DNA of 64,000 nt, taken from Acidobacteriota bacterium. Lineage in GTDB: Bacteria; Acidobacteriota; UBA6911; RPQK01; JAJDTT01. Location of the stretch: contig OZ242374.1 in the NCBI GenBank assembly GCA_965209055.1, positions 1,248,001-1,312,000 of the forward strand. Direction: 5' to 3'. Positions within the stretch are counted from its first letter, which is position 1. Each line of letters starts with the position of its first letter. The notes under the pieces were generated by a model. It ran no database searches, had not been told where the DNA came from, and worked only from the letters and a program-made list of their open reading frames with translations. Shown here one piece after another: positions 41,554 to 54,029 of this stretch. The translations under genes were made by a program, and so were the position numbers.

Positions 41554-41952
41554 ATGTCAGTCACGTATCCCATAGCCGATCTTCTCACCCGGATCAGAAA
41601 CGCCCTCGTGGCCCGGCACGATGCGGTCCAGATCCCCCACTCCAGGCTCAAGGCGGAAGTGGTGAAAATCCTCCATCAGGAGGGGTACATCTCCGGCTAT
41701 ACGACCGACGGCGAACCGCCGTTCCAGAAGCTGACGGTCCGCCTCAAGTACGGTCCCGACAATGTGCCCGTGATCCAGGTCCTTCGCTGTGTCAGCACTC
41801 CGGGGCGCCGCAGATACGTGGGCAGGAACGAGATCCCCCTGGTTTTGGAGGGGCTGGGCATCAACATCCTATCCACCTCTCAGGGAATCCTGACCGGCAA
41901 GAAGGCACGGGAGTCGGGTATCGGAGGAGAGTTGCTTTGCGAGGTGTATTGA
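41554..41952 (+). CDS. rpsH: 30S ribosomal protein S8
   Basis: PIADLLTRIRNA and GIGGELLC. Confidence 0.96.
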   Translation: MSVTYPIADLLTRIRNALVARHDAVQIPHSRLKAEVVKILHQEGYISGYTTDGEPPFQKLTVRLKYGPDNVPVIQVLRCVSTPGRRRYVGRNEIPLVLEGLGINILSTSQGILTGKKARESGIGGELLCEVY

Positions 41953-42016
41953 GCCGGCGAGGCCGGCCGAGTGCGGGCCGGTATACGGCCGTGTCCAGGA
42001 TTGTGAGTAGAACGTC

Positions 42017-42577
42017 ATGTCGCGCGTAGGCAAAATGCCCATCCCCATTCCCAGCGGGGTGAAGGTTTCGGTTCTGGGTGGTCAGGTTCGCGTGCAGGGC
42101 CCGCTGGGGTCCATGTCGACCGCGGTTCCGCGAGGAATCACCGCCGCGGTGGAGAACGGCGAGCTCCGAGTCCGGAGGGGCGGCGAGGACAAGACCTCCC
42201 GGTCGCTGCACGGATTGGCCCGGTCGCTGCTGGCGAATTCGGTGACGGGCGTCACCAAGGGCTTCCGCAAGGAGTTGGACATTGTCGGAATCGGTTTCCG
42301 TGCGGAACTGCGGGGCCGATCTCTGATCCTGTCGCTGGGGTTTTCCCATACCATCGATTTCCCCGTCCCGGACGGCATCACCATCCGGGTGGAGCGGACC
42401 AACCGCCAGATTCAGAACTACGTCGCGACGATTCAGGTCGAAGGGGTGGACAAGTACCGTGTCGGACAGGTTGCCGCCAACATCCGCGCCCTGAAGCGGC
42501 CGGATGCCTACAAGGGGAAGGGAATCCGGTACAGAAACGAGCATATTCACCTGAAGGTGGGCAAGAAGGGAGCCTGA
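42017..42577 (+). CDS. rplF: 50S ribosomal protein L6
   Basis: MSRVGKMPI and [11 protein letters not shown]. Confidence 0.96.
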   Translation: MSRVGKMPIPIPSGVKVSVLGGQVRVQGPLGSMSTAVPRGITAAVENGELRVRRGGEDKTSRSLHGLARSLLANSVTGVTKGFRKELDIVGIGFRAELRGRSLILSLGFSHTIDFPVPDGITIRVERTNRQIQNYVATIQVEGVDKYRVGQVAANIRALKRPDAYKGKGIRYRNEHIHLKVGKKGA

Positions 42578-42582
42578 GGGGA

Positions 42583-42948
42583 ATGGCGAAGCAGGCGAGT
42601 CGGACTTATCGAAGATCCCGGATCCACCGCCGGATCCGGAAGGCGCTGTCGGGAACCGCCGAGCGGCCCCGCCTTTGTGTCTTTCGCAGCCTGAAACACA
42701 TGTATGCCCAGATTATCGACGACCAACACGGCCGGAGTCTGGTGAGTGCTTCGACCTTGAAGGTGAACGGCGAGAAAATGCCCAACGGAGGCAATATCGA
42801 CGCCGCTCGCCGCGTCGGGACCAGCATCGCCCGACAGGCTCTCGCCTCCGGGATCAACGAGGTGGTCTTCGATCGCGGCGGGTACAGGTATTTCGGCCGG
42901 GTCAAGGCTCTGGCGGACGCCGCCCGGGAGGTGGGGCTCAAGTTCTAG
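42583..42948 (+). CDS. rplR: 50S ribosomal protein L18
   Basis: RPRLCVFRS and VVFDRGGY. Confidence 0.96.
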   Translation: MAKQASRTYRRSRIHRRIRKALSGTAERPRLCVFRSLKHMYAQIIDDQHGRSLVSASTLKVNGEKMPNGGNIDAARRVGTSIARQALASGINEVVFDRGGYRYFGRVKALADAAREVGLKF

Positions 42949-42955
42949 ACACGGA

Positions 42956-43453
42956 GTGCTCATGGCGCATAAGGACTACAACGACGAACTGAAGGATCAG
43001 GTCATCTCAATCAACCGGGTCACCAAGGTGGTGAAGGGAGGAAAGAACCTCAGCTTCGGCGCACTGGTAGTCGTGGGCGACCAGAACGGGAAGGTCGGTT
43101 GGGGCATGGGCAAAGCGCGCGAGGTCCCCTCGGCCATCAGAAAAGGAATGGAGAAGGCCAAAAAATCCATGATCGGCGTTCCACTGAACGGGTCGACGAT
43201 CCACCATGGCGTCAAGGGACGTTTCGGCGCGGGACTGGTCATTCTCAAACCGGCTCCGGAAGGGACCGGCATCATTGCCGGCGGTCCGGTACGGGCGGTG
43301 ATGGAATCGGTCGGGATTCGAGACGTGGTGACGAAGAGCGTGGGAACCACCAATCCCCACAACGTGGTCAAGGCCACTTTCGATGGGTTGTCCCAGTTGC
43401 GCAGTCCGGAGGCGGTGGCCCTGAGCCGCGGCATTTCCGTGGAGGACCTCTAG
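42956..43453 (+). CDS. rpsE: 30S ribosomal protein S5
   Basis: [11 protein letters not shown] and GTGIIAGG. Confidence 0.96.
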   Translation: MLMAHKDYNDELKDQVISINRVTKVVKGGKNLSFGALVVVGDQNGKVGWGMGKAREVPSAIRKGMEKAKKSMIGVPLNGSTIHHGVKGRFGAGLVILKPAPEGTGIIAGGPVRAVMESVGIRDVVTKSVGTTNPHNVVKATFDGLSQLRSPEAVALSRGISVEDL

Positions 43454-43675
43454 GTGGCCGAAGAGAGGGAGCCGCAGGGCCGCCGGACGGGGACCATCCG
43501 AATCCGCTACGTTCGGAGCTCCATCGGGCGATCGAAGCACCAGAAACTGGTGGTTCGGGGATTGGGCCTGAGGAAGTTGAATCAGGTGGTGGAGAGGCCC
43601 GATACCCCGGAGATCCGGGGAATGGTGGCCAAGATTCCCCACCTGGTGCGGATCGTTGAGGAAAACGAGCAATGA
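43454..43675 (+). CDS. rpmD: 50S ribosomal protein L30
   Basis: RSSIGR, LGLRK and DTPEIRGMV. Confidence 0.92.
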   Translation: MAEEREPQGRRTGTIRIRYVRSSIGRSKHQKLVVRGLGLRKLNQVVERPDTPEIRGMVAKIPHLVRIVEENEQ

Positions 43676-44121
43676 GTCATGCACTCCACACTTTGAAGCC
43701 GGCTCCAGGGACGCGTCACGTTCGCAAGCGGGTCGGCCGTGGACCGGGCTCCGGAACCGGAAAGACCGCCGGCCGCGGTGTCAAGGGTCAGAAGTCCCGC
43801 TCCGGATACTCGGCCCGGGCCGGTTTTGAAGGCGGCCAGATGCCCCTCTATCGAAGGCTTCCCAAGCGCGGATTCAAGAACCCCTTCCGCAAGCGGTTCG
43901 CGGTGATCAACGTTCGGGACCTGAATCGTTTCGAGGACGGAACCGCCGTCGGTCCCGAGCAGCTCATGGAGCGGGGTATGATCAAAAAGTTGGGTGACGG
44001 CCTGCGCATCCTGGGCGAAGGGGAACTGGAACGCAAGTTGACGGTTCGCGCGCACCACCTCAGCCAGTCGGCCCGGGAGAAGATCGAGCAGGCCGGAGGC
44101 AATGTCGAGGTCTTGAGCTGA
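43672..44121 (+). CDS. rplO: 50S ribosomal protein L15
   Basis: [18 protein letters not shown]. Confidence 0.96.
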   Translation: MSHALHTLKPAPGTRHVRKRVGRGPGSGTGKTAGRGVKGQKSRSGYSARAGFEGGQMPLYRRLPKRGFKNPFRKRFAVINVRDLNRFEDGTAVGPEQLMERGMIKKLGDGLRILGEGELERKLTVRAHHLSQSAREKIEQAGGNVEVLS

Positions 44122-45527
44122 TGGCCGATTTCAGTCCGGTTCTGGGCAGTTTCCGGAACATCTTTCATATTCCCGATCTGCGGAGGCGGGTCCTCTTCAT
44201 GCTGGGGCTTCTGGCCGCGTACCGCGTGGGGAGCTGGATCCCGACTCCGGGAGTGGACAGCGGCGCCCTGGAACTGGTCTTCAACCAGCAGGCCGGGACC
44301 GTCCTGGGCTTCCTGGACATGTTCTCAGGGGGCAACCTGAGCCGGTTCTCCATCTTTGCCCTGGGCATCACTCCCTACATCACCGCGTCCATCATCCTGC
44401 AGTTGCTGACGGTGGTCTGGCCCTTCCTGGAGCGGCTCTCCAAGGAAGGTCAATTGGGCCGGAAGAAGATCAATCAATACACCCGGTACCTGACCGTGGG
44501 CCTCTGCCTGTTCCAGAGCCTGGCTTCCGCCTCGGTGCTGGAGCGGATGGAGGCGGTCCCGCCGGTGGTGCCGCATCCGGGCTGGGGCTTCCGGCTCATG
44601 ACCATGCTGACGCTCACCACCGGAACGACGCTGGTGATGTGGCTCGGCGAGCAGATTTCCGAACGGGGCATCGGCAACGGGATCTCCCTGATCATCTTCG
44701 CCGGCATCGTGGTCGGCCTGCCGTCCGCCGCCTACTCGCTGTGGCAGGACTGGATGCTGGGAACCCGGTCCGTCTTCACCATCATCCTGCTCCTGGTGAT
44801 GATGATCCTGGTGGTGATCGGGATCGTGATCGTGGAACGGGGGCAGCGGCGGATCCCAATCCAGTACGCCAAGCGGGTGGTGGGCCGGAGGATGTACGGC
44901 GGGCAAGCCACACACCTGCCTCTCAAGGTGAACTCGGGCGGAGTCATCCCGGTGATCTTCGCCGCCTCCATTCTCGCCTTTCCTTCCACCATGGGCCTGG
45001 TCTTCGAGGCCGAGTGGGTGCAGAGCCTTGCCACGCAGCTTCAACAGGGCTACCCCCTCTACAACCTCATCTATATCGCCGGGATCATGTTCTTCTGCTT
45101 CTTCTACGTGAGCATCATCTTCAACCCGGACGAGGTGGCCGACAACATCCGCAAATACGGCGGCTATATTCCGGGGATTCGGCCCGGCCGGCGAACCGCA
45201 CAGTACATCGACCGGACCTTGAGCCGCCTCACGGCGGCCGGCGCCGTCTACCTGGTTCTGGTCTGCCTGCTCCCCGAATTCCTGATGACCGGATTCAAGG
45301 TCCAGCCGATTCCCTGGGTGGGTCCGGTTATGGACAACTTTCTGATCGACAACAATCTGGATTTCTTCACCAACGGGTTGGGGGTGACCTTCTATTTCGG
45401 AGGAACGTCTCTCCTCATCGTGGTGGGAGTGGGGATGGACACGGTCAAACAGATCGAGTCGCAACTGATCATGAGGCACTACGAAGGCTTCCTCAAGAAG
45501 GGCCGGATTCGGGGACGAAGAGGGTAA
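44121..45527 (+). CDS. secY: Preprotein translocase SecY
   Basis: SIFALGITPYITASII, GIGNGISLIIFAGI and GGTSLLIVV. Confidence 0.97.
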   Translation: MADFSPVLGSFRNIFHIPDLRRRVLFMLGLLAAYRVGSWIPTPGVDSGALELVFNQQAGTVLGFLDMFSGGNLSRFSIFALGITPYITASIILQLLTVVWPFLERLSKEGQLGRKKINQYTRYLTVGLCLFQSLASASVLERMEAVPPVVPHPGWGFRLMTMLTLTTGTTLVMWLGEQISERGIGNGISLIIFAGIVVGLPSAAYSLWQDWMLGTRSVFTIILLLVMMILVVIGIVIVERGQRRIPIQYAKRVVGRRMYGGQATHLPLKVNSGGVIPVIFAASILAFPSTMGLVFEAEWVQSLATQLQQGYPLYNLIYIAGIMFFCFFYVSIIFNPDEVADNIRKYGGYIPGIRPGRRTAQYIDRTLSRLTAAGAVYLVLVCLLPEFLMTGFKVQPIPWVGPVMDNFLIDNNLDFFTNGLGVTFYFGGTSLLIVVGVGMDTVKQIESQLIMRHYEGFLKKGRIRGRRG

Positions 45528-45548
45528 CGGACCGGAGATGCGATTCTG

Positions 45549-46196
45549 ATGTCCGAGAACCCGCTGACCATTCTGCTCGGCCCCCCCGGAGCCGGGAAAG
45601 GGACCCAGGCCAAGCGCCTCGCGGACCGCTTCGGCTACCTGCACGTCTCCACCGGGGACATCCTGAGAGAGGAAGTCAGGGCCGGCACCAATCTGGGCAG
45701 CCGGGTGGAAGCCATCATGAACTCGGGAGAGCTGGTTCCGGATGAGTTGGTGGCCGAGATCGTGGGAAAGACGCTGGCGCGGAACACGGGCAACGGAATC
45801 TTGTTGGACGGATTTCCCCGAACCCTCGCTCAGGCCACCTACCTGAGTCGAATCAGCAACGGTCTTCCGCCCGTGGTGATCAATTTGAAACTGGAGGACG
45901 CGGAGGTTGTCAGGCGCCTCAACGGGCGCCGCCATTGTGCCCGCTGTGGTAATATCTACAACCTTTATTACTCCCAGCCCCGGAAGGAGGGCGTCTGTGA
46001 TTCGTGCGGCGGGGAATTGGTGCTCCGTCGCGACGACCGCGAATCGGTGATTCGGGAGAGACTGCGAGTCTACCGGGATCAGACTCAGCCGCTGGTCGAT
46101 TACTACAAAACAAAGGGCCGTTACGGAGAGGTGGAGGCTTCCGGAGGAATCCGGGAGGTCTTCGACTCCGTCGTCGAGACCATGTCGCGGAAGTGA
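45549..46196 (+). CDS. adk: Adenylate kinase with zinc-binding LID
   Basis: GPPGAGKGTQ, LDGFPR and CARC...CDSC. Confidence 0.96.
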   Translation: MSENPLTILLGPPGAGKGTQAKRLADRFGYLHVSTGDILREEVRAGTNLGSRVEAIMNSGELVPDELVAEIVGKTLARNTGNGILLDGFPRTLAQATYLSRISNGLPPVVINLKLEDAEVVRRLNGRRHCARCGNIYNLYYSQPRKEGVCDSCGGELVLRRDDRESVIRERLRVYRDQTQPLVDYYKTKGRYGEVEASGGIREVFDSVVETMSRK

Positions 46197-46240
46197 CGTT
46201 CGGTCTCGAGGAATCGTTTCGCATCAGGAACCTGATTGGG

Positions 46241-47047
46241 ATGATCGTCTGCAAAGGCGCTAAGGAACTGGAGAGAATGCGCGAGGCCAACCGCCTAGTG
46301 TCCAAGACACTGGACCTCCTGGGGACCATGGTCCGGCCCGGCATGACCACTCGGCATCTGGATGGCGCCGCCGAAGACTTGATTCTGGGGAGCGGGGCCA
46401 GGCCCGCCTTCAAGGGTTACCGGGGATTTCCCGCCAGCGTCTGCGCTTCCGTCAACAACCAGATCGTCCACGGGATTCCCAACGACCAGCCTCTCGAAGA
46501 GGGAGATATCCTGTCCCTGGACGTCGGCGTCTACTACAAGGGATTCTACGGCGACTCCGCCTGGACCTTCTGCGTGGGTGAAGTTTCGCCCGAACTGAGG
46601 AATCTGTTGGACGTGACTCGCGAGTCCCTCTACCTGGGGATCGAGCAGGTGGTGGTGGGAAACCGAATCTCCGACATCTCTCATGGCATACAGAAGTACG
46701 TGGAAGCCTACGGTTTTTCGGTGGTGCGGGAATTCGTGGGCCATGGGATCGGCAGATTTCTGCATGAGGAGCCGCAGGTCCCCAACTACGGCGATCCGGG
46801 AAAGGGCCCCCGATTGAAGCCGGGCATGGTTCTGGCGATCGAGCCCATGGTCAACAGCCGGGGCCCCGGCGTCAGAGTGTTGGAAGACCGGTGGACGGCG
46901 GTGACGGCGGACGGGGGTTACAGCGCCCATTTCGAGCATTCGGTCGCCGTCACTGAAAACGGCCCCTGGATCCTCAGCAACTCCAGCGGCAGGACCCGGC
47001 GCGGCGCATCCAGTCCCGATTCCGCGATTGCAGGGAGCCAGGAATGA
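46241..47047 (+). CDS. map: Methionine aminopeptidase type I
   Basis: VHGIP, GHGIG, AIEPM and SAHFEHSV. Confidence 0.95.
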   Translation: MIVCKGAKELERMREANRLVSKTLDLLGTMVRPGMTTRHLDGAAEDLILGSGARPAFKGYRGFPASVCASVNNQIVHGIPNDQPLEEGDILSLDVGVYYKGFYGDSAWTFCVGEVSPELRNLLDVTRESLYLGIEQVVVGNRISDISHGIQKYVEAYGFSVVREFVGHGIGRFLHEEPQVPNYGDPGKGPRLKPGMVLAIEPMVNSRGPGVRVLEDRWTAVTADGGYSAHFEHSVAVTENGPWILSNSSGRTRRGASSPDSAIAGSQE

Positions 47048-47157
47048 AGGTTCGAGCGTCGGTCAAGCGAATCTGCCGGCAATGCAAGATCGTCCGGCGC
47101 AAGGGTGTGGTCCGAGTCATCTGCGTCAAACCGAAATGCAAGCAGCGTCAGGGGTAA
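47044..47157 (+). CDS. rpmJ: 50S ribosomal protein L36 (not in ORF track)
   Basis: Manual translation [37 protein letters not shown]; ATGA overlap with map. Confidence 0.95.
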   Translation: MKVRASVKRICRQCKIVRRKGVVRVICVKPKCKQRQG

Positions 47158-47188
47158 TCGTCCAGCAAAACCGGAGCGAATCGGCACA

Positions 47189-47563
47189 ATGCGGCTAATT
47201 GGAGTGAACATACCGGACAGAAAACGGGTTCTGATTTCGCTGACCTACATCTACGGGATCGGCCAGGCCCGGTCCCGGAAGATCCTGGACGCGGCGAAAG
47301 TGGATGCGGACAAGCAGACCGGTCACCTCACCGAGGAGGAGGCCACCCGGCTCCGCCGCGTCATTGAAGACGCGGGGCGGATCGAAGGGGATCTGCGCAA
47401 GGAGCTCCAGATCAACATCAAGCGTCTCATGGACATCGGCTGCTACCGGGGGCTTCGGCATCGCCGGGGGCTGCCCACCCGGGGCCAGCGCACCCACACC
47501 AATGCCAGGACCCGCAAGGGCCCGCGCAAGATCCGCATCATGCGGAGAAAGAGGGGGCGCTAG
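47189..47563 (+). CDS. rpsM: 30S ribosomal protein S13
   Basis: LTYIYGIG and [14 protein letters not shown]. Confidence 0.95.
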   Translation: MRLIGVNIPDRKRVLISLTYIYGIGQARSRKILDAAKVDADKQTGHLTEEEATRLRRVIEDAGRIEGDLRKELQINIKRLMDIGCYRGLRHRRGLPTRGQRTHTNARTRKGPRKIRIMRRKRGR

Positions 47564-47716
47564 AGGCTCTCGGAAACCGCGGGCGCCGGGGTCCGGCGAT
47601 GACCTGCGCCGCGGGTTTGCCGACGGCGCATGTCCGCACGGAAGACGCGGCGAATTCGCGCACGGAGCCGGTGAACGGCGGACTCGAACCAGGGGACCGA
47701 TCAGAGGAACAGGCAG

Positions 47717-48124
47717 ATGGCCAAGGGTAAGAAGACAAAACGACGGAAGTCGGGCAAGAGGAAGGATCGCCGAACCGTTCTTCACGGCATCGTCCACGTG
47801 AAGGCGACGTTCAACAATACGATCATCACCATCACCGATCAGGACGGGAACGTTCTATCGACCGCCACCGCCGGTATGCAGGGCTTCAAGGGGAGCCGCA
47901 AGAGCACTCCCTTCGCCGCCTCTCAGGCCGGGCACACGGCAGCCAATCGGGCCCGCGACCTGTACGGAATTCGCACCTGCGAGGTCTGGGTCAAGGGACC
48001 CGGCGGAGGCCGCGAGGCGGCCGTGCGGGCCATTCAGTCGTCCGGAATCGATATCAAATCAATTCGGGACGTGACGCCGATCCCACATAACGGTTGCCGT
48101 CCACCCAAGCGGCGCCGGGTTTAG
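47717..48124 (+). CDS. rpsK: 30S ribosomal protein S11
   Basis: TFNNTII and [12 protein letters not shown]. Confidence 0.96.
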   Translation: MAKGKKTKRRKSGKRKDRRTVLHGIVHVKATFNNTIITITDQDGNVLSTATAGMQGFKGSRKSTPFAASQAGHTAANRARDLYGIRTCEVWVKGPGGGREAAVRAIQSSGIDIKSIRDVTPIPHNGCRPPKRRRV

Positions 48125-48191
48125 GGGTCTTTGGCAACGGACCGGGAGTACTGCATGTCATCGGCAGGTCAGTTCGGGAAGGAGAAAGAGC

Positions 48192-48827
48192 TTGGCACGC
48201 TATAAGGGCCCTGTCTGCCGTCTCTGCAGACGCGAGGGGATGAAACTGTTCCTGAAGGGAAATCGCTGCTTTTCGGATAAGTGCGCCATCGAGAAGCGGA
48301 ACATCGTTCCGGGAGAGCATGGGCGCGACATGCGGGGCCGGCCCAGGATCATGGGTTACGGCCAGCAACTCCGTGAAAAACAGAAGGTCAAGCGAGTCTA
48401 CGGCGTCCTGGAGCGCCAGTTCCGCAGCTATTTCGCCAAGGCCGCCAAAAAGAGGGGCGTCACCGGCGAACTCCTGTTGCAGTTTCTGGAACGGAGACTC
48501 GACAGCGTCGTCTATCGGCTCGGTTTTGCCTCCTCCAGGAACCAGGCCCGGCAGTTGGTCCGGCACGGCCATATCCGGGTCAACGGACGGCGGGTCGACA
48601 TCCCTTCCTTTCTGGTCAAGGCGGGGGATGAAGTCTCGCTGCAACAGAAGATCTGGAACAATTTGCTGGTTCGCGCCGCATTGGACGCCGCCGCCGGACG
48701 CGGGGTTCCCGCGTGGCTGAGTCTGGAAAAAAATCAATTCAAGGGCCAGGTGTTGGAGCTGCCGACCCGGGAACATATCTCGCTGACTATCGAGGAGTCC
48801 CTGGTGGTGGAACTCTATTCCAAGTAG
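48192..48827 (+). CDS. rpsD: 30S ribosomal protein S4
   Basis: CRLCRREG and [13 protein letters not shown]. Confidence 0.96.
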   Translation: MARYKGPVCRLCRREGMKLFLKGNRCFSDKCAIEKRNIVPGEHGRDMRGRPRIMGYGQQLREKQKVKRVYGVLERQFRSYFAKAAKKRGVTGELLLQFLERRLDSVVYRLGFASSRNQARQLVRHGHIRVNGRRVDIPSFLVKAGDEVSLQQKIWNNLLVRAALDAAAGRGVPAWLSLEKNQFKGQVLELPTREHISLTIEESLVVELYSK

Positions 48828-48986
48828 CCGCCGGCCGGCGCGGGCCCGCTCGGACAGATTCCCCATGATTTCGTCTGGGCTCTGCCGGCAACCGCGGGTT
48901 TGAGTCATGCCCCCCGCGAGGGCGGTGGGCGCGGACCGGAGCCTCGTCGAGGCGGCAGTTGAAAGAATCGTCGGAGATATAGATCC

Positions 48987-49970
48987 ATGAGAGAGTTTCA
49001 GAAACCGAACAAGCTCTTTTATGACCCGGACACCTTGACCGCGACCCTGGGCCAATTCCACGCCCAGCCGTTCGAGCGTGGCTTCGCCACCACGGTTGGG
49101 CATTCCCTGCGGAGGGTCCTGCTCTCCGCTATCGAGGGAGCGGCCCTGACGGCGGTCAAGATCGACGGAGTCCTGCACGAGTTCTCGTCGATCCCGGGTG
49201 TCCGGGAAGACGTGACCGACATCATCATGAACCTGAGGCAGATCCCCTTGATTCTGCACTCCGGTGAGCCCAAGACCCTCTACCTTGAGGCCGCGGGAGA
49301 AGGGGAGATCAAGTCCGGAGACTTCAAGCCGGACCCGGACGTGGAGATACTGGACCCGGACGTCCACATCGCCACCCTGAACCAGGAAGCCAGCATCAGC
49401 ATGGAGGTGCGGGTCAAGAACGGCCGGGGCTATGTCCCGGCGAACGAGAACCACGATGAGGACTTGAGTCTGGGATACATCGCCATGGATTCGGTCCATT
49501 CGCCGGTTCGGCGGGCCAACTTTCATGTGGAGGCGGCGCGCTTGGGGCAGTCGACCGAATACGAGCGACTCAATCTGGAAGTGGTGACCAACGGGAGTGT
49601 CGCTCCGCAGGATGCCGTGGCCCAGGCCGCGCAGATCCTCAAGGAGCACCTGTTCATGTTCATCAATTTCGAAGAGGACTCGGAAGAGGACGTGGTCGAG
49701 GAAGACGAGGACCAGGCCGTCAACGAGAACCTGATCAAACCGGTCGAAGAGCTGGAGTTGTCGGTTCGGGCCTACAATTGCCTCAAGAACGCGAGTGTGG
49801 AGACCATCGGCGAGTTGGTCGTCAAGACCGAAGCCGAGATGCTCAAGACCAAGAACTTCGGGCGGAAGTCCCTGAGCGAGATCAAGGAACTGCTGGCGGA
49901 GATGGGCCTGTCGTTCGGCATGAAGATCGACAGCAAGGGGCGGCTGGTCCGCGAGACCACGGAGGTCTGA
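48987..49970 (+). CDS. rpoA: RNA polymerase alpha subunit
   Basis: [22 protein letters not shown] and NFGRKSL. Confidence 0.97.
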   Translation: MREFQKPNKLFYDPDTLTATLGQFHAQPFERGFATTVGHSLRRVLLSAIEGAALTAVKIDGVLHEFSSIPGVREDVTDIIMNLRQIPLILHSGEPKTLYLEAAGEGEIKSGDFKPDPDVEILDPDVHIATLNQEASISMEVRVKNGRGYVPANENHDEDLSLGYIAMDSVHSPVRRANFHVEAARLGQSTEYERLNLEVVTNGSVAPQDAVAQAAQILKEHLFMFINFEEDSEEDVVEEDEDQAVNENLIKPVEELELSVRAYNCLKNASVETIGELVVKTEAEMLKTKNFGRKSLSEIKELLAEMGLSFGMKIDSKGRLVRETTEV

Positions 49971-49975
49971 CGGTC

Positions 49976-50368
49976 ATGAGACACCGTCGAAAGGGAAAAA
50001 AGCTGGGGCGGACCGCGAGTCACCGAAAAGCGCTGATGCGCAATATGGTGACCGAGTTCCTGGACAACGAGCGGATCGTCACCACCATTTCCAAGGCCAA
50101 GGCGTTGCGTCCGGTGGCCGAGAAGATGATCACGTTGGGCAAGCGGGAGAACCTGCATGCCCGGCGGCGAGCTCTGAGCTTCATCCGGCGCAAGGAGGTG
50201 GTGTACAAACTCTTCGACGAAATCGGCCCCCGTTTCTCCGAGCGCAACGGCGGCTACACTCGCATTCTCCGCCTCGGGTTCCGCCAGGGAGATCAGGCGG
50301 AGATGGCTCTTCTGGAGCTGGTGGGGAGTGAGTTTGAACCGGTGGTGCCCGACAAGAAATCGAAGTAA
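49976..50368 (+). CDS. rplQ: 50S ribosomal protein L17
   Basis: [12 protein letters not shown] and RNGGYTRI. Confidence 0.96.
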   Translation: MRHRRKGKKLGRTASHRKALMRNMVTEFLDNERIVTTISKAKALRPVAEKMITLGKRENLHARRRALSFIRRKEVVYKLFDEIGPRFSERNGGYTRILRLGFRQGDQAEMALLELVGSEFEPVVPDKKSK

Positions 50369-52625
50369 GCGGCCAACTGGAAGAGACTCGTCTCGTATTG
50401 ACCCGCCCGATTCGAAATCGTCCGCCGGACCCTTCCCAATTCTCCCGATTCGCGGCTGGCTGGCGGGTTTCCTGTTTCTCTCCCTCTTCTCTGCTCTCGC
50501 CGGATCGCAGAAGTCCCGCCTGACCCTCCAGCATCTCTACGATCCCCGCACCAAGCTGGACTTCACCGGCTCGCCTCCCGGAGATCTGCGTTGGACGCGG
50601 GACGGACGGCACTATCTCCACCGGGGCAGGAAATCGCGCACTCTGTTCAAGACGGATGCCGTCACGGGAAGCGTGACGACCGTGCTGGATGAGACGCGAA
50701 TTCGAAAATCGCTCTCGGAACCCGGTCTCGACACCCCGAACCCCGAATCAGCCGTGCTCGGCTGGTTCCGATTGAGTCCCGACGAAAAGGCCCTCCTGTT
50801 CAAGCACGCCGGGGACCTCTTCCTTTACGACCTGGAATCCGGAACCGCGACGCGGCTGACCCGTTCCTGCGATCGGGAGGAACTGGCCGAGTTCAGCCCC
50901 GACGGACGCCTGGTGAGCTTCGTTCGCGGCCAGGACCTCTACATCGTCCAAGTCGAAAACGGCCGCGAGTCCCGCCTCACTCAGGGCGGGGGCGGTGAAA
51001 TCTCAAACGGCAAGCTGAATTGGCTCTACCAGGAGGAGCTCTACGGCCGGGGCAACTACAAGGGTTACTGGTGGAGTCCCGATTCCTCCCGCCTGGCGTT
51101 TCTGCAGTTGGACGACTCCCCGGTGCCGGCCTTCACGCTGCTCGACTACGAGCCGCTCTACCCGTCCACACGGACGACCCGTTACCCCAAGGCGGGAGAC
51201 CCCAACCCCCGGGCGCGCATCGGCGTCGTCGCGGTCTCCGGCAAAGCGGTCCGCTGGATCGAAAACGAGCCCGAAGACGACCGCCTGCTCGTCCGGGCCG
51301 GTTGGAGCCGGGATGGAGGCGCCGTGGTTTTTCAGGAGCAGAACCGGATTCAGACCCGGTTGGACCTGAAGCTGCACCGGCTCTCATCGGCGGTGACGAC
51401 GACGCTGTTGCGGGAGGAGGGCGCGGCCTGGATCGACGTCCTGGCCGAGCCGCGCTGGCTGCCGGACGGTTCCTTCCTCTGGATGAGCGATCGCACCGGA
51501 TGGCGGCACCTGTACCGTTACCGGGCCGACGGAACCCTCATCGGACCGGTCACCAGCGGACGATGGAACGTCCATGAACTGCTCCACCATTCCCCCGGGA
51601 ACGGGCAGATCCATTTCACGGCGGACCGGGACGGCTCCGGCGAGAGACACCTTTACCGCTCGACTCTGAGCGGTGGACCGATTGCGCGAGTCTCCCGCGA
51701 ACCGGGCACCCATCGTCCCCGGTTCAACGACCAGGGCTCCCTCTATCTCGACACCTGGAGCGACATCGACACCCCTCCCCGGTTGAGCGTTCACGACGCG
51801 AACGGAACGCTCTTGAGGGAAATCCACCCCAGCCGCCGCGAGAACCTGGATCAGTTTCGACTCTCTTCTCCCCGGTTTCTGCAGGTGCCCACCCGGGACG
51901 GGTTCGTCATGGAGGCCATGATGATCCTGCCCCAAGAATTCGATCCCGCCCGAAAGTATCCGGTTCTGGCCTATGTCTACGGTGGGCCGGGACTGCCCAG
52001 GGTCAGAAGGAGATGGGGAGGAACCAACCACCTCTGGCACCAGCTCATGGCCCAGGAGGGCTATCTGATCTGGGTCTGCGACAACCGAAGCGCCAGCGGG
52101 AAGGGCGCCCGTTCGGCGTGGCCGGTACATGGAAACTTCGGCGCCCAGGAGCTGCGCGACCTGGAAGACGGCCTGGAATGGCTCCGGGAGCGCCCCTACG
52201 TGGATTCGGACCGAATCGGAATCTGGGGCTGGAGCTTCGGCGGCTACCTGGCCAGCTATGCGTTGACCCACAGCGACAGCTTCCGGATCGGCATCGCGGG
52301 GGCTCCGGTGACCGACTGGAGGCTCTACGACACCATTTACACCGAGCGGTACATGGGGCTTCCCAAGGACAATCCGGAGGGCTACCGGAAGAGCTCGGTG
52401 CTGGAGGCGGCCGGCAACCTGAAGGGCAAGCTGCTTCTGATCCACGGCGGCCTGGACGACAACGTCCATCTCCAGAACACCCTCCGCCTGGTCCATCGCC
52501 TCCAGGAAGAGGGAAAGGACTTCCAGATGATGATCTACCCCCGGGCCCGGCATGGGGTGAGGGACCCGGAGCAGGTCCACCACCTCCGGAGGCTGATGAC
52601 GCGATTCATCCTGGACAACCTCTGA
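50328..52625 (+). CDS. Dipeptidyl peptidase IV-like S9 peptidase (start uncertain)
   Basis: YQEE, WWSPDS, YPKAG, GWSFGG (catalytic Ser), DDNVH and RHG; signal peptide. Confidence 0.9.
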   Translation: MSLNRWCPTRNRSKRPTGRDSSRIDPPDSKSSAGPFPILPIRGWLAGFLFLSLFSALAGSQKSRLTLQHLYDPRTKLDFTGSPPGDLRWTRDGRHYLHRGRKSRTLFKTDAVTGSVTTVLDETRIRKSLSEPGLDTPNPESAVLGWFRLSPDEKALLFKHAGDLFLYDLESGTATRLTRSCDREELAEFSPDGRLVSFVRGQDLYIVQVENGRESRLTQGGGGEISNGKLNWLYQEELYGRGNYKGYWWSPDSSRLAFLQLDDSPVPAFTLLDYEPLYPSTRTTRYPKAGDPNPRARIGVVAVSGKAVRWIENEPEDDRLLVRAGWSRDGGAVVFQEQNRIQTRLDLKLHRLSSAVTTTLLREEGAAWIDVLAEPRWLPDGSFLWMSDRTGWRHLYRYRADGTLIGPVTSGRWNVHELLHHSPGNGQIHFTADRDGSGERHLYRSTLSGGPIARVSREPGTHRPRFNDQGSLYLDTWSDIDTPPRLSVHDANGTLLREIHPSRRENLDQFRLSSPRFLQVPTRDGFVMEAMMILPQEFDPARKYPVLAYVYGGPGLPRVRRRWGGTNHLWHQLMAQEGYLIWVCDNRSASGKGARSAWPVHGNFGAQELRDLEDGLEWLRERPYVDSDRIGIWGWSFGGYLASYALTHSDSFRIGIAGAPVTDWRLYDTIYTERYMGLPKDNPEGYRKSSVLEAAGNLKGKLLLIHGGLDDNVHLQNTLRLVHRLQEEGKDFQMMIYPRARHGVRDPEQVHHLRRLMTRFILDNL

Positions 52626-52699
52626 GCCAAGGAGGGGACCCTCCCCCCACATTGACCGGTTCTCTTGCCCGCCGGGAAAGGCCCTGCAAGAATGTCGCG

Positions 52700-54016
52700 A
52701 TGACCCTTTCAGAGTGGCAGGCCAGGATCGAATCCCATTACCGCGAGCGCACGCCCAAGTCACGCGAGTTGTTCCGGGAAGCCCGGCGTTTCCTTCCCGG
52801 CGGCGATACGCGGCTGGGAACCTGTTTCCCCCCGCATCCTTCCTATTTTGTTCGGGGCGAGGGAAGCACCCTTCATGACGTGGACGGCAATCGAATCCTG
52901 GATTTCACCAACAACGCCACGACGCTCATCCACGGACATTCCCACCCGGAGATCTCCGCGACCATTCGGAGGCAGGCCGGGCGGGGCACCGGGTGGATGG
53001 CCCCCAACCCCCACCAGGTGAAGCTGGCCCGGCTGCTCTGCCGCAGGCTGCCCTCGGTCGACCGCATCCGCTTCTGCAATTCGGGCACGGAAGCCAACAT
53101 GCACGCCATCAAGGTGGCGCGGGCCTTCACCGGACGCGACGTCATCCTGAAGATGGCGGGCGCCTACCACGGCACGTACGAGGGAACCGAGTTCACCCGA
53201 GCGGATGACGGGAGTCCCCTGGCGCTGGTCACCGGCATTCCGGGAAACGAGAGCGACAACGTGCTGGTGGCCCCCTTCGGCGACGAGGCGGCGGCCCGAA
53301 ACCTGATGGAGACCCACCGCGACCGCCTGGCGGCCGTCGTCGTGAATCCGGTCATGACGCAAGGAGGCCTGGGGCTGCCCCCGGAGGGTTATCTCCAGTT
53401 CCTGCGGGAAACGACGCGGCGCCTGGGCATCCTGCTGGTTTTCGACGAGGTCATCACCTTCCGGGTCGCCTCCGGAGGGGGTCAGGAACATTACGGCGTG
53501 GTCCCCGATCTCACGGCCCTGGGCAAGATCATCGGCGGCGGGCTCCCGGTCGGCGCCTTTGGGGGGAGAGAAGACATCATGGCCCTCTTCGCCGATGGCC
53601 CGACACCCTCCGTGTCCCACGCCGGCACCCTCAACGGCAATCCCATGACCTCCGCCGCGGGCTTGAAGGCCATGGAGATGCTGACGCCCGAGGCCTTCGA
53701 ACATCTGAGCCGCCTCGGCGGGTCGCTCCGTGACGGGCTGCAGCGGATCGTCCGGGACCTCCGGCTCCCCTTGGAGGTGAACCGGATCGCTTCCCTGGTC
53801 AGCCTGGACCTGGACGCTCAGGTTCGATCCGACGCGGCGGCCCTGGAGCGGGGCTCGCGGATCATGTCGCTGGTCCACCTGGCCCTGCTGAACCGCGGCA
53901 TCAAGCTCTACGCCCTCTTTGCCCTCACCACGGTCATGGGAGAGGCGGAGATCCGCATCCTGACCGGCAACCTGCGGGAAGTCCTGGAGGAAGCGCGCCC
54001 CCGGTTTTCTTGCTGA
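52700..54016 (+). CDS. Class III PLP aminotransferase (glutamate-1-semialdehyde aminomutase-like)
   Basis: NSGTEA, FDEVITFR, LGKIIGGGLP and HAGTLNGNP motifs. Confidence 0.88.
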   Translation: MTLSEWQARIESHYRERTPKSRELFREARRFLPGGDTRLGTCFPPHPSYFVRGEGSTLHDVDGNRILDFTNNATTLIHGHSHPEISATIRRQAGRGTGWMAPNPHQVKLARLLCRRLPSVDRIRFCNSGTEANMHAIKVARAFTGRDVILKMAGAYHGTYEGTEFTRADDGSPLALVTGIPGNESDNVLVAPFGDEAAARNLMETHRDRLAAVVVNPVMTQGGLGLPPEGYLQFLRETTRRLGILLVFDEVITFRVASGGGQEHYGVVPDLTALGKIIGGGLPVGAFGGREDIMALFADGPTPSVSHAGTLNGNPMTSAAGLKAMEMLTPEAFEHLSRLGGSLRDGLQRIVRDLRLPLEVNRIASLVSLDLDAQVRSDAAALERGSRIMSLVHLALLNRGIKLYALFALTTVMGEAEIRILTGNLREVLEEARPRFSC

Positions 54017-54029
54017 GCGGAGGAGCTCC

